Source of the DNA: an uncultured Flavobacteriales bacterium
Lineage (GTDB): Bacteria > Bacteroidota > Bacteroidia > Flavobacteriales_D > Sanyastnellaceae
Length of the DNA stretch: 64,000 nt
Reading direction: 5' to 3'
NCBI GenBank assembly: GCA_937974555.1
Contig: CALJKR010000073.1
Span: forward strand, 35,118-99,117
How positions within the stretch are numbered: the stretch's first letter is position 1; each line of letters starts with the position of its first letter. Of the stretch, positions 19,584-31,300 are shown in pieces. The notes under the pieces were generated by a model. It ran no database searches, was not told the DNA's origin, and saw only the letters and a list, made by a program, of their open reading frames with translations. A program made the position numbers and the translations under genes.

Positions 19584-21481
19584 GACTCAAAGGTACAAAG
19601 ATGAAATTGCTTTTCCTCTTTGTATTTTCCCAATAAAGCATATACTTCCGAAGGTTGATTGAGCTCGATCACTTGTATCCCCCATTGGCGGATAGACGAA
19701 ATCTCTTCAACGGAGGCATGGCAGGCAATGATGATTCCCCCATGTTGTCGGTACATCCATTGCTGAAGCCACTGCGCGCTGTATGCGGGGTGTTGACCAA
19801 CTTCAGCTACCTGCGTCATCATGGCTGTGCTTTCTTCAATCCAAGGCGAATGCCCTTCAAGGATCCCGAGCAAGAAAAGATTTTGGCAGATGATGGCGTT
19901 GACCGAGGGCTGAACACTATCGGTAATCTCTTTTTTCTGTACAAAAACATCTTCTCCTTTTCCCAAGAAGTATAGTCCATCCCGACTGTCTCGGAAAGCC
20001 AACAACATCTTTTGACAATGCAGCGCACGTTGGTGATATGAGGCGTTGGTGGTTCTAAAAAACAATGCCAGAGCTGCCTTTTGCACAGTAGCCAAAGTAT
20101 CGGAAAGAAGTGTTGTCAAATACCCCGTTTCATATCTTCCTTGAATCCACTGGCCCTCTACCTGGAGATGTTGCGTCATCTGATGAAATAGCTTTTCGGC
20201 TTTTTGTAAGTAATCAGGTTCGATATAGGAAGCCTCGGTATATCCGATTACAGCCAGGGCATTCCATGTCGTCAATATTTTTTGATCGATGGCGGGAGCC
20301 ATTCTATGCTCGTTGTATGATCGGAGTTTGGCATGAAATCGTTCGAGAATTGCCAAGGCATCTTCGATATTTATTTCGGCGTCAATGGCCCAATCGGTGA
20401 GACTTATTTTTTGTCTAAGGACGAGTTTATGATCTTCCCAATGGCAAAAAGGATTAAAGAAATACAGTTGATTGAGAAGGTGAAAATCATCTCCTGCGCA
20501 TTGTTCTATTTCTTGAATCGTATAACAATAGAATTTTCCTTCTTCTCTTTCAGAGTCTGCATCTTGGGCGCTGAAAAGCAATCCCGTCTTGGCGTGGGTG
20601 ATTGAAGCGTACCATCGATCAATGCTTTCAATAACCAAGCGATATTCTGGCTTTGGATCCAATGCAAATGCCTTGGAATAAGCCGACATGAGTTGTCCAT
20701 TGTCATAGAGCATTTTTTCAAAGTGTGGAATATGCCAAAATGCATCCACACTGTACCTTGAAAAACCACCTTGTACAGGATCATGAATTCCTCCCATGGC
20801 CATTTTATGCAAGCTATTCAATGCCCATTTTTTGGACAATGGGTAGTAATGACCATATTCTAGCATGGCATGGAGTAGAGGAGGCATGGGGAACTTGGGA
20901 GCATGGGCTGTTCCACCCCATTCCATGTCCTGTTCGCTAATCCATGACTGTATGGCATCATGATCCAACGAAAAATCGATTTCGTTTTTTTTGATGGTAG
21001 CATCCCAATCTTCGATGGCACTTTTTATTTGCGTAGCATAGTCATGCAATTGATGGGGTGACTTTTGATACAACTGATGAATTTCAGAAAGTATCTGAAA
21101 CCACTTTGTTTTGGGAAAATAAGTACCACCAAATACAGGGGTGCCATCGGGAAGGCAGATGCAATTGAGCGGCCATCCACCGGGCTTTCCCATCAGTTGT
21201 ACTGCGCTCATGTATGATTGATCAATGTCTGGCCTTTCTTCTCGGTCTACTTTGATGCTGACATAATGTGCATTGGTGAAAAGGGCAATGTCATCATCTT
21301 CAAAACATTCATGTTCCATCACATGACACCAATGGCAAGCACTGTATCCAATGCTAACGATGACGAGTTTATTTTCTGCTCGGGCTTTGGCCCAGGCTCC
21401 CTCACTCCAAGCTTTCCAATGTATTGGATTTCCGCCATGTTGACGGAGGTAAAGATTGGCGTGATGGGCTAATTCATTCAT
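19517..21481 (-). CDS. Thioredoxin-domain protein of the DUF255/YyaL family (thioredoxin fold + six-hairpin glycosidase-like domain)
   Basis: 654 aa with the characteristic N-terminus [17 protein letters not shown]...[18 protein letters not shown]. Its ATG overlaps the glyA stop (ATGA). Confidence 0.85.
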   Translation of the reverse strand: MNELAHHANLYLRQHGGNPIHWKAWSEGAWAKARAENKLVIVSIGYSACHWCHVMEHECFEDDDIALFTNAHYVSIKVDREERPDIDQSYMSAVQLMGKPGGWPLNCICLPDGTPVFGGTYFPKTKWFQILSEIHQLYQKSPHQLHDYATQIKSAIEDWDATIKKNEIDFSLDHDAIQSWISEQDMEWGGTAHAPKFPMPPLLHAMLEYGHYYPLSKKWALNSLHKMAMGGIHDPVQGGFSRYSVDAFWHIPHFEKMLYDNGQLMSAYSKAFALDPKPEYRLVIESIDRWYASITHAKTGLLFSAQDADSEREEGKFYCYTIQEIEQCAGDDFHLLNQLYFFNPFCHWEDHKLVLRQKISLTDWAIDAEINIEDALAILERFHAKLRSYNEHRMAPAIDQKILTTWNALAVIGYTEASYIEPDYLQKAEKLFHQMTQHLQVEGQWIQGRYETGYLTTLLSDTLATVQKAALALFFRTTNASYHQRALHCQKMLLAFRDSRDGLYFLGKGEDVFVQKKEITDSVQPSVNAIICQNLFLLGILEGHSPWIEESTAMMTQVAEVGQHPAYSAQWLQQWMYRQHGGIIIACHASVEEISSIRQWGIQVIELNQPSEVYALLGKYKEEKQFHLCTFESCSTPFTDLSSLQAYFLSQFPQ

Positions 21482-22752
21482 GCTTCAAAAAGAGGACGGT
21501 GCGCCATCAAGGATTTGACTTTCTCTCTGATATGCGCTACCTGTGTATCATCGTTTCTGTGTAGTATGGCTTCATGAATCAATTGCCCCACTTGCTGCAC
21601 GTCGCTTTCTTTTAGTCCGCGTGTTGTGATAGCTGGGGTACCCAATCGAATGCCTGAAGTAACCATGGGCGATTGAGGATCTCCGGGAATCATATTTTTG
21701 TTGGCTGTGATGTGCACATTGCCAAGCGCTGCATCGGCCTCTTTGCCGGTTACGTTTTGGCTTCGCAAATCAATCAACATACAATGATTGTCGGTGCCAC
21801 CACTGACAATATTGTAACCAAAGCCAACCAAAGTTTCTGCAAGAATTTGGGCATTTTTGATTACTTGTTCTCCGTATGTTTTGAATGAGTCCTCAAGTGC
21901 CTCGCCAAAGGCAATTGCTTTGGCGGCGATGACGTGCTCCAATGGACCTCCTTGCATACCAGGGAATACGCCACTGTCGAGCAAACTGCTCAATGTTCTC
22001 AATTCACCTTTATTATTGGTAATGCCCAAGGGATTGGGACCATCGTTCCCAGTCATAATCACACCTCCTCTTGGTCCACGCAAAGTTTTGTGCGTGGTGG
22101 TGGTTACCACATGGCAGTGAGGAATGGGGTTGTTTAATAATCCTTTGGCAATAAGACCCGATGGATGAGAAACATCGGCTAAAAGCAATGCCCCCACTTC
22201 ATCTGCGATTTGACGAAAGGCTGCGTAATCCCAATCACGGCTGTATGCGGAAGCACCTACAATCAACATTTTGGGTTTTACTTCGTGGGCTCTTTCTCTG
22301 ACGGTTTCCATCTCCACACGACCCGTTTCTGGGTTGACTCCATAGAAATGAGATTCGTATAATTTTCCTGAGTAATTAACTGGTGAACCATGGGTAAGGT
22401 GACCGCCCTGTGATAAGTCCAAACCAAGAATTCGATCTCCTGGTTTCAATAGAGCCAACATCACTGCGCTATTGGCATTGGCACCACTGTGCGGCTGCAC
22501 ATTGGCCCATTGGGCACCAAACAAAGCTTTTAAACGATCAATGGCCAATTGTTCCACTTGGTCTACTACCTCGCATCCACCATAATAACGCTTTTTGGGT
22601 AAACCCTCTGCATACTTGTTGGTTAAGATAGACCCTGCGGCCATCATCACTTGATCTGAAACATAATTTTCAGATGCAATCATCTCGATGCCTTCAGTTT
22701 GTCTTTTTAATTCTTCTTGAATGAGCTGCGCAATCGCTTGATCTTTATACAT
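21478..22752 (-). CDS. glyA: Serine hydroxymethyltransferase
   Basis: Contains the PLP site [16 protein letters not shown] and the overall SHMT sequence. I prefer the ATG at 22752 (MYKDQ...) over the GTG at 22755. Confidence 0.95.
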   Translation of the reverse strand: MYKDQAIAQLIQEELKRQTEGIEMIASENYVSDQVMMAAGSILTNKYAEGLPKKRYYGGCEVVDQVEQLAIDRLKALFGAQWANVQPHSGANANSAVMLALLKPGDRILGLDLSQGGHLTHGSPVNYSGKLYESHFYGVNPETGRVEMETVRERAHEVKPKMLIVGASAYSRDWDYAAFRQIADEVGALLLADVSHPSGLIAKGLLNNPIPHCHVVTTTTHKTLRGPRGGVIMTGNDGPNPLGITNNKGELRTLSSLLDSGVFPGMQGGPLEHVIAAKAIAFGEALEDSFKTYGEQVIKNAQILAETLVGFGYNIVSGGTDNHCMLIDLRSQNVTGKEADAALGNVHITANKNMIPGDPQSPMVTSGIRLGTPAITTRGLKESDVQQVGQLIHEAILHRNDDTQVAHIREKVKSLMAHRPLFEA

Positions 22753-22763
22753 CACTTTACTTT

Positions 22764-24266
22764 TTAATGGAATATTTTTCTTTCAGGTCGTTGTTCAATA
22801 AGCCAACTGAAACCTTTTAATTTTTTCTCTTCTTTTTCAGAAAGTTGTTGCGGAATAAAATGAGAATCGGGTTCCTTTTTTAATCCTATTTGTGTGATTT
22901 TTCTTTCTTTGACATGTATGCTGATGTTGCTGCATTCCGCCTTGTTTATACCGATTGGGGAAGTACTGTCTTCTTTTTCCAATGGGAAATAAATCAATTG
23001 ACCATTCCCATTGACATCTACTCGATACAATTCTCCTTCTTTGAAGTAGCCAACGACATCTCTCCCTTTGATTTGGTCGTAATACGAGGTGTCATTTTCA
23101 ATGGTTTGAGAGATAATCATGGAATTTTTTCTTACAAAAAACCGATTCGGATTGTTGTTTTTAATTTCAACTCGCATGGAGTCTCCAGAAATTTGACGAT
23201 AACCGGCCCAAAGAATGGGGTTGTCAAAGAAGTATAACGTACTGTCGCTGGATTGGAAAACCAAGGAATCTGCTTTGCCCTGAAATTCAGGGTGATAAAA
23301 TTTGGCTTGATTGTAGGCTTTGATTATATCACCATTGATGCTGTCTTTTTTCATCCAAAGCGTATCGGCTTGCATCATCAAAGTATCGCTCTCAAGCACA
23401 TTGTAGTATTGGGGTGCTTGCGTTACCCATTGTATACCTGAATTTTGAAAGTATTGGCCCCTACCTCCGGTAATCCATTTGTTCTCCACAGTGTCTTTTA
23501 TTTCAACGTGTCCCTTGGCCTTGCCCCAACCTTCTTTGCCATTGAAGTATAGGGTATCGGCAGTAAGCACTTGGGCGTTGGAGATCAATTTTGGATGATC
23601 CATCATCTCTGAGTATTCCGTTTTGGTATTGTAAAATCCTTTGGAGCAAAACAGTTTTTCTTCCTTAGATATAACGCTCGTTGGCGCCATGTAATGGGCC
23701 ACTTCTTTGAGATTGTCGTATTTGAGTTTTTCTGTTTTTAAGGTGTATGTTTCGTTTTGAAGCACCACATTTTTTTCGAAAAATGAGATTCCTGAATCAG
23801 TATTGTAATTTCCCTTGTTACTTGTTAGTGTATTCTTTTTGTTTTCTGAAACAATTTTTCCTCCTCCAAAGTAACTTGCGATATGTGTTCCCAAGAGGTA
23901 TTCCATTTTGGGCGAAGTTAAAGTCATGTTTTCATCCACAAGTTTGGCATTTCCGCTCAGAACGGCTTTGTTTTCATCATTTCGATAAAACAATTCATCT
24001 CCGGTAAGGGTATAGTCTCCGGGTTTCACAATTCGAATCAATCCAAAGGCTTTGAAGTCCCGATTGTCATACCAATAAGCGCTATCGCAATACAGATGGT
24101 TGCCACCTCTTTCAAAATGAACATTGCCAATGACGCGTTGCGCGTCGACCAATTTTTTTGAATAGTATATATTATCCGAATAAACAAGTTGCACTTTGTC
24201 TTGTCCCCATAAGTTTGGGAGGCCTGCTAAAATGAGCAATCCCAATAGGAACAAGCGAGACATCAT
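22764..24266 (-). CDS. OstA-like (LptD N-terminal-domain-like) repeat protein, periplasmic/outer membrane
   Basis: 500 aa with a signal peptide and several repeats of the OstA-type beta-jellyroll pattern (e.g. [38 protein letters not shown]). Its ATG overlaps the purA stop (ATGA). Confidence 0.5.
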   Translation of the reverse strand: MMSRLFLLGLLILAGLPNLWGQDKVQLVYSDNIYYSKKLVDAQRVIGNVHFERGGNHLYCDSAYWYDNRDFKAFGLIRIVKPGDYTLTGDELFYRNDENKAVLSGNAKLVDENMTLTSPKMEYLLGTHIASYFGGGKIVSENKKNTLTSNKGNYNTDSGISFFEKNVVLQNETYTLKTEKLKYDNLKEVAHYMAPTSVISKEEKLFCSKGFYNTKTEYSEMMDHPKLISNAQVLTADTLYFNGKEGWGKAKGHVEIKDTVENKWITGGRGQYFQNSGIQWVTQAPQYYNVLESDTLMMQADTLWMKKDSINGDIIKAYNQAKFYHPEFQGKADSLVFQSSDSTLYFFDNPILWAGYRQISGDSMRVEIKNNNPNRFFVRKNSMIISQTIENDTSYYDQIKGRDVVGYFKEGELYRVDVNGNGQLIYFPLEKEDSTSPIGINKAECSNISIHVKERKITQIGLKKEPDSHFIPQQLSEKEEKKLKGFSWLIEQRPERKIFH

Positions 24267-25540
24267 GCTTTCATGGATATGGTTTGCTTGCGATCAGGTC
24301 CCACAGACACGTAAGTAATCGGCAATTCTAACGCTTGCTCAATAAAGGCAATATACTGGTTAAGTTCTGCCGGAAATTGTGATTTGTTTTCCAGTTGAGT
24401 CAAGTCCATTTTCCAGCCAGGAACACTAGTGAATACTGGTTCCAACGTTTCAGCGTGACTGTCATAGGGCAAATAGTCGATCAACTCTCCTTTCCAACGG
24501 TAGTGGGTACAGATTTGAATCTCGTCAAAAATGCTTAAAACATCGGCCTTCATCATGAACAATTCTGTTACACCATTGATCATGCAAGCGTATTTCAATG
24601 CAGGAATATCCAACCAGCCACAACGACGCGCGCGACCTGTGGTGGAGCCAAACTCATGGCCTTCTTGACGCATTCTTTCTCCCGTTTCTTCATGAAGTTC
24701 AGTTGGGAAAGGACCAGAACCCACGCGGGTGCAATAGGCTTTGAAAATGCCGAATACATCCCCAATTCGATTGGGGGCAACGCCCAATCCAGTGCATGCT
24801 CCTGCGGTAACAGTGTTGCTGGAGGTTACAAAAGGGTACGAACCAAAATCAATATCTAACAATGAACCTTGCGCGCCTTCTGCCAATATCTTTTTACCTG
24901 ATTTTAATGCAGAATTCAAGTAGAGCTCACTATCGATGATCTGAAGCGTTTTCAAATACTGCACGCTTGCCAACCATTCTGCTTCCATGGGAGCCAAATC
25001 AAATTCAAAATTATATTGGCTAAGCATTTTCAAATGCTTTTCTTTGAGTTCGTTGTATTTGGTTTCAAAATTAGATTCCAAAACATCCCCAACACGCAGA
25101 CCATTTCTGCCCGTTTTATCCATGTATGTTGGCCCTATGCCCTTGAGAGTAGAACCAATTTTTGCACTCCCTTTGGCGGCCTCTGATGCCGCATCCAATA
25201 AGCGATGGGTAGGTAAAATCAAATGCGCTTTTCGAGATATTAAAAGTCGACTTTGGAAATCGATATTGCGCTCCGTCAATTTATCCAATTCTTTTTTAAA
25301 GATGATTGGATCAATCACAACTCCATTTCCAATGACATTTTGAACATTAGAATGGAATATGCCAGATGGAATGGTGTGCAAGACATGTTTAATGCCATCA
25401 AACAAAAGCGTGTGGCCAGCGTTTGGCCCCCCTTGAAAGCGTGCAATGATATCGTAATGTGGGGTTAAAACATCAACAATTTTCCCCTTTCCTTCATCTC
25501 CCCATTGTAATCCGAGAAGAACCGCAGTTTTTTGAATCAT
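24263..25540 (-). CDS. purA: Adenylosuccinate synthase
   Basis: Starts MIQKTAVLLGLQWGDEGKGK (P-loop), with GIGPTY and GTTGRARRCGWLD motifs. I prefer the ATG at 25540 over the TTG at 25558, because a -7 box lies inside the longer ORF. Confidence 0.95.
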   Translation of the reverse strand: MIQKTAVLLGLQWGDEGKGKIVDVLTPHYDIIARFQGGPNAGHTLLFDGIKHVLHTIPSGIFHSNVQNVIGNGVVIDPIIFKKELDKLTERNIDFQSRLLISRKAHLILPTHRLLDAASEAAKGSAKIGSTLKGIGPTYMDKTGRNGLRVGDVLESNFETKYNELKEKHLKMLSQYNFEFDLAPMEAEWLASVQYLKTLQIIDSELYLNSALKSGKKILAEGAQGSLLDIDFGSYPFVTSSNTVTAGACTGLGVAPNRIGDVFGIFKAYCTRVGSGPFPTELHEETGERMRQEGHEFGSTTGRARRCGWLDIPALKYACMINGVTELFMMKADVLSIFDEIQICTHYRWKGELIDYLPYDSHAETLEPVFTSVPGWKMDLTQLENKSQFPAELNQYIAFIEQALELPITYVSVGPDRKQTISMKA

Positions 25541-25555
25541 ACTATTGGTAAAGCG

Positions 25556-25563
25556 CAAAAATA
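25556..25563 (-). promoter_or_regulatory. Putative -7 promoter element (TATTTTTG on minus strand) for the purA operon
   Basis: The reverse complement of 25556..25563 is TATTTTTG, 15 nt upstream of the purA ATG at 25540. Confidence 0.4.
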
Positions 25564-25582
25564 AATCGAAAATGGATGCGAA

Positions 25583-26029
25583 TTATTTTTTTGTTGCGCG
25601 CTTGCCGTAAAAGTTCAAACTGTGGTGCTGTATCTCCACGTCAAACAACTCTTCTAAGGTTTTTTTTATTTGCTGAATACGTGGGTCACAGAATTCAATG
25701 ACATCGCCGGAGTCTGTCAATATGATGTGGTCGTGTTGTTGATTTTGAAATGCCCTTTCAAAATGTGCGGTATTTTGCTGACCGAATTGGTTTTTTCGAA
25801 CCAAATGGCAATTCATTAGTAGTTCGATGGTATTGTACAATGTGGCGCGAGAAACCCGATATTTTTGTTGTTTCATTCGCATGTACAACGACTCAATGTC
25901 AAAATGCCCATCTAAATTGTAGATTTCTTTAAGGATAGCAAATCGCTCCGGCGTTTTCCGGTGACTGTTCTCCTCGAGATAAGTGGTGAAGATTCCCCTG
26001 ACTTTATCTTGCAATTCTTCCGATGACAT
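25583..26029 (-). CDS. Fur-family transcriptional regulator
   Basis: 148 aa with a winged-helix N-terminal half ([14 protein letters not shown]...[13 protein letters not shown]) and a metal-site-like QQHDH. I recall Fur-purA adjacency as common in Bacteroidetes. Confidence 0.75.
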   Translation of the reverse strand: MSSEELQDKVRGIFTTYLEENSHRKTPERFAILKEIYNLDGHFDIESLYMRMKQQKYRVSRATLYNTIELLMNCHLVRKNQFGQQNTAHFERAFQNQQHDHIILTDSGDVIEFCDPRIQQIKKTLEELFDVEIQHHSLNFYGKRATKK

Positions 26030-26043
26030 GAGGCAAAGATAGA

Positions 26044-28257
26044 TTAAGCAAACTCGGATTCAATCCGGTCCACATTTAAAACACCCTCAACGGCTTTCAA
26101 GTTCATGATCAGGTCATTCAAGTGCGCGGTATCGTGCACCAGAACAACTACCTTTCCCTCAAATATTCCGGCATTGGCCTCAAATGAAATGGCACGCATG
26201 TTTACATTCATGTCGGTAGAAATGATGTTGGTGATTTTCTGAACCAGTCCTACATCGTCAATTCCAGAAAATTTCAACCCTACTTCAAACTGCACTAAAT
26301 TTTGACTGTTCCAGCGGGCTTTGATCACGCGATAGGCATACTTGCTCATCATCTCTTGGGCATTGGGGCACGAAGTACGGTGTATCTTTATGCCCTCATC
26401 CACTGTTGTAAATCCAAAGACTTCATCACCAGGAATGGGATTGCAACAAGTGGCCAAGGTAAAATCAATTTTTTCCGGGGTATCACCAATCAGTACCGTC
26501 TCGCTGATGCCAGGGGTAGCAACAATTTTGGTTTCGTCTGGCTCTTGTGATTCTTGCGTTTTTTTCTTAGGAAATTTGATACGACCACCCTCCACTTTGA
26601 AGCCCTTGAGTTTGGTGAGATCAATTTTTCCTTTGGCAATTCTAAAGTAAAGTTCATTGGCACCAAAAGCATCATAATGCTTGACCAGCTCGTCAATGTT
26701 TACTGAAAGCCACTCCACCTTGAGATGATTGAATTTCCGGTGCAAATGTTCCTTGCCTTCTTCTACCACCTGCTTTCTTTCCTCCTTGAGCACCGCTTTG
26801 ATTTTTTGTCTTGCGCTTGCTGTAATAGCTATACGCAACCATTCCTCTTTGGGTTTTTGTTTTTTGGAAGTTAAAATTTCTATTTGATCACCGCTCCGCA
26901 ATACATGATTCAACGGCACCAACTTAAAGTTGACTTTTGCACCAATACATTGGCTGCCAATTTGAGAGTGTATGTGGAAGGCAAAGTCCAATGTGGTACT
27001 GCCTTTGGGAAGGGTTTTCAACTCACCTTTTGGAGTGAAAACATAAATTTCCTCAGAGAATAGGGAAAGTTTAAAATTGTCAATAAACTCGATAGCATTT
27101 TCACTGGGGCTTTCTAAGACTTCCCGAATCTGACTCAACCATTTGTCTAATTTGGATTCAGGTGACTCAGCGGCATTTTTGTATTTCCAATGGGCGGCGT
27201 AGCCTTTTTCAGCCATCTCGTCCATCCTTTCAGATCTTATTTGAACTTCTACCCATTTTCCTGTTGGAGACATTACGGTGGTGTGCAAGGCCTCATATCC
27301 CGAAGATTTGGGAATGCTGATCCAATCCCTTAGACGCTCAGGACTTGGTTGATAATAGTCGGTGACAGCGGCATAAACACGCCAGCAATCGCTCTTTTCA
27401 TGTTCCTCATCACTTTGGATAATGATTCGAATGGCAAAGAGGTCATAGATCTCCTCAAAGGGCACCCCTTTTTGGTGAATTTTATTCCAGATGCTGTAAA
27501 TGGATTTGGTTCGGCTCTTGATTTCATATTTCAAGCCCAAATTATCCAATGCGCGTCGAATGGGGAGGGTAAATTGGTTGATGAAACGGGTCCTTACCGC
27601 CTGGGTTTTTTGTAGACGACTGGCAATGTCATCATAGGCTTCAGGGTCTTTGAACTTGAGCGATAAATCTTCCAATTCTGTTTTGATGTTGTACAAGCCG
27701 AGGCGATGAGCCAAAGGGGCATACATGAAAACGGTTTCGCTGGCAATTTTCAATTGCTTCTCACGAGACATGTGATCGAGGGTTCGCATGTTGTGCAGGC
27801 GGTCTGCCAACTTGATTAGAATTACCCGCACATCGTCACTCAGGGTGAGTAACATTTTTCTGAAATTCTCTGCTTGCTGGCTGGTAGTTTGGTGATCGAA
27901 AACACCCGATATTTTGGTCAAACCATCGATGATGATTCGCTCCTTCTTGCCAAATAAATTTTCGATGTCATCCAGCGTGATGTAGGTGTCCTCCACCGTG
28001 TCATGCAGCAAAGCACAGACAATAGCAAGGGTCCCAAGTCCCAACTCTTCAGCCGCAATTTTAGCCACAGCCAGCGGATGATAAATGTAGGGCTCACCAC
28101 TTTTTCGACGCATGTCTTTGTGGGCCTCCAAGGCCACTTCAAATGCTTTTCTGATTTTGGCACGATCCGCACGACTTTTTGATCGGTTGCACACACGCAA
28201 AAGTCCGCGATACCTGCGAACAATCTCTTTGTTTTCTTCTACTAAATCAATTTCCAC
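26044..28257 (-). CDS. relA: Bifunctional (p)ppGpp synthetase/hydrolase, RelA/SpoT family
   Basis: 737 aa with an HD hydrolase domain ([15 protein letters not shown]), a RelA/SpoT synthetase domain ([29 protein letters not shown]), a TGS domain and a C-terminal ACT-like domain. GTG start. Confidence 0.92.
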   Translation of the reverse strand: MEIDLVEENKEIVRRYRGLLRVCNRSKSRADRAKIRKAFEVALEAHKDMRRKSGEPYIYHPLAVAKIAAEELGLGTLAIVCALLHDTVEDTYITLDDIENLFGKKERIIIDGLTKISGVFDHQTTSQQAENFRKMLLTLSDDVRVILIKLADRLHNMRTLDHMSREKQLKIASETVFMYAPLAHRLGLYNIKTELEDLSLKFKDPEAYDDIASRLQKTQAVRTRFINQFTLPIRRALDNLGLKYEIKSRTKSIYSIWNKIHQKGVPFEEIYDLFAIRIIIQSDEEHEKSDCWRVYAAVTDYYQPSPERLRDWISIPKSSGYEALHTTVMSPTGKWVEVQIRSERMDEMAEKGYAAHWKYKNAAESPESKLDKWLSQIREVLESPSENAIEFIDNFKLSLFSEEIYVFTPKGELKTLPKGSTTLDFAFHIHSQIGSQCIGAKVNFKLVPLNHVLRSGDQIEILTSKKQKPKEEWLRIAITASARQKIKAVLKEERKQVVEEGKEHLHRKFNHLKVEWLSVNIDELVKHYDAFGANELYFRIAKGKIDLTKLKGFKVEGGRIKFPKKKTQESQEPDETKIVATPGISETVLIGDTPEKIDFTLATCCNPIPGDEVFGFTTVDEGIKIHRTSCPNAQEMMSKYAYRVIKARWNSQNLVQFEVGLKFSGIDDVGLVQKITNIISTDMNVNMRAISFEANAGIFEGKVVVLVHDTAHLNDLIMNLKAVEGVLNVDRIESEFA

Positions 28258-28362
28258 GTTACTAAACTAAACGACAAATTTGAGAATTATCAGCACTTTT
28301 GGATGAAATTGTTAAAACAGTCAGGCTCATAAAGTTTTATTGGATATCAAGGTCATTTTTAT

Positions 28363-28370
28363 TATTTTTG
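28363..28370 (+). promoter_or_regulatory. Putative -7 promoter element (TATTTTTG) for the 2245-aa cargo gene
   Basis: Exact TAnnTTTG match, 23 nt upstream of the ATG at 28394. A TTG at 28340..28342 lies 20 nt further upstream and could be the -33 element. Confidence 0.45.
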
Positions 28371-28393
28371 GCACTTAACCAAAACTTTTAAAG

Positions 28394-31300
28394 ATGTATT
28401 TTAAATCTTTTTACACAAGGTCGATGGGCTTTTTGGCTTTGCTCTTTGCGTCAATATTGACTTTGGCGATTCAAAACGCTAATGCCCAATGTGTGAGCAA
28501 TGAGAGCATCACTTTCAGCCCAGCTCCAGTGGGTGGAGTATATGCTCCAGGCACAACGGTGTTGATTTGCTACACGGTAGATTATACACAAGCCACCAGC
28601 AGTTGGGTGGATGGTTTTGAAGTTGTAACCGGCGCAAGCTGGACCAACCTTCAGCCGATATCTGCACCTTCAGCGTGTGCCACGGCTGGAGCTGGTCAAT
28701 GGATTTGGCAAGCATCTTTAAATGCTACCGGAAGCGGTTTGGCATTTGGCCAAGGTTATTATTACGATGCAAACAACGATGGTGACGGAGGAAATGACGA
28801 TGGAGATGCTGGAACTTGTACCATGACTTTTTGCGTTCAAGCGCAGGTGGTGGACAACGTGGATTTGAATATCCAAGTAACTACAGGTGGTGACGGCTCC
28901 ATGGGAGGTTATACAGGTACCGATTGCGCCTTGGTTCCTTTCGTAACTGGGCCAAACAGCGATTTGGATGGTGATGGTTTCAACACTGGTGTGGATTGTA
29001 ATGATGCCAACGCGGCAATCAATCCCAGCGCAACCGAGGTTTGTAATGGAGTGGATGACAACTGTAGTGGACAAATCGACGAAGGTTTTGACTTGGATGG
29101 TGATGGATTCACAACCTGCAATGGTGATTGTGATGATAACAACGTAGCGGTATACATCGGCGCTACTTGTGATGATGGTGATCCCAATACGACTAACGAT
29201 TTAATTCAAGCGGATTGCTCTTGTGTGGGTTCGTTGGGGGATGAGCCTTACAATGCCTTCACAACGGATCCTGCTTCTGGATGTATCAATATCACAGTAT
29301 CTCCTGCTACATATACTATTTCAACCATTGTTCCTGCGCCAGGTTGTGCTGGTAATACAGTGGGAAGCGAAAACCCAGATTTGTGGATTTTATTGAGCGC
29401 TCCTGCTAACGGAACTTTGTTCTTGTCTCCTCAAGGGACCGGAGACCCCGGTATGGCGGCTTATAGCTATGATGCCACTACCAACGTTTATACACTTTTG
29501 GGTTGTGATGATGATACAGGACCCGGTACCATGCCTTTGTTAAACTTGACTGGCTTGACTCCTGGAGCTCCCATTTATATTCAGTTGTGGGCCTACAATG
29601 CGGCAACTACAATCAATTTCTATTTCTGTGCTTCAGATTGTACAACAGCTGTCCCATATTATTATGATAACGATGCTGATGGATTTGGAGACAATAACCA
29701 AGCTCCAGTGTTAACTTGTACCCCAGATCCTACATGGGTTTTGGCTGCAGGTGACTGTGATGATAACGCGGCCACTGTTTATACAGGTGCTGTAGAATTT
29801 TGTGATGGATTGGACAACGATTGTAACGGAACCATCGATGATGCCTGCGTAGGCACTGTCGATACAGATGCTGATGGCTATACTTCAGATGTGGATTGTA
29901 ATGACAACGATCCTGCTATTAATCCTGGAGCCACAGAAATTTGTGATGGCATTGATAACAACTGTGATGGACAAATCGATGAATTTGTAACCACAACTTA
30001 TTACGCAGATGCGGATGGTGACGGATATGGTGATATCAACATGGCAACTCAAGCATGTACTCAGCCTGCAGGTTACGTTACCAATTTCGATGATTGCGAT
30101 GACACAGCAACTACGTATGCTGATTTGGACGGGGATGGTCAAGGTGGAACAACCATTGACCCTTGCGGTGTTGCCGCAACCGGCGATTGCAATGACAATG
30201 ATGCGACTATCAACAATGCAGCGGCAGAGATTTGTGGTGATGGAATCGACCAAAACTGTTCTGGTGTAGCCGATGAAGGTTGTACCGCTTCAGATAATGA
30301 TGGTGATGGATTTGATGCCTTAACCGACTGCAATGACAACTGTGCGACCGTTTATCCCGGTGCACCTTGTAATGATGGCAACGAATTAACCATCGATGAG
30401 ACAATTCAACCCGATTGTACTTGTGGCGGTGGAACGACAGTAACAACTTGCCTTGGTCCACAAAGTATTTCATTTGATCCAGCACCTGTTGCCGGCACAT
30501 GGCCAGTGGGAACCAACGTTACCATTTGTTATTCATTAGACTACGGTCAAAACTCAGGTGACTGGTTAGACGGAATGGCGATTTCTTTGGGAACAGGTTG
30601 GGCTTATCCACAACCCTTGCAAGCGCCAATTGAATGTAATGGAGGTCCTGGTGATTGGATTTGGCAGGATACCATCGTTCCAACGGGTGGCCAAGCTTAT
30701 CCTTCTTATTTCGGTGGTTACTACTACGATTATAACAATGATGGAAATGGTGGATCAGATTGGGGTGATGGCGGATCATGCGTAATGAGCATGTGCTTCA
30801 CGGCTACTACAGTTGCTGACTTGGATCTATGGGTAGGTGTTGCTTCAGGTGGAGATAGCCAATTTGGTAGCTATACTTCAACAACAGGATGTCCAATCGA
30901 GGTTTATATGATTGATCCGGCGGGCATGCCAAGCTGTTCGGTTACTTTCCCATACTGTGCTACACCTTCATCTTGTGATCCTGTGAACAACCAGTACACC
31001 TTGGTTCCTGCTCAGAACAACTATATTCAGACATTCATGGCTCCAACAACAGGTACTTTGGACTTGATGTTGGATGGTAACTTGATTCAGAGCTTTACAG
31101 CGCCTTTCAATTCAACTATGGCCATCAATGTAGATAGCTTGTCTTCTGATGGTGCAACCCACGTTTTGACAGCCATGTATTCGGCAAACCCAGGCTGCAT
31201 GGGAACGACAACATTTGTTTCTCCATCATTCTGTGCTGGCCAAGATGCAGATGCGGATGGTTATGTAGCAGCCAATGATTGTAACGACAACGACCCAGCG

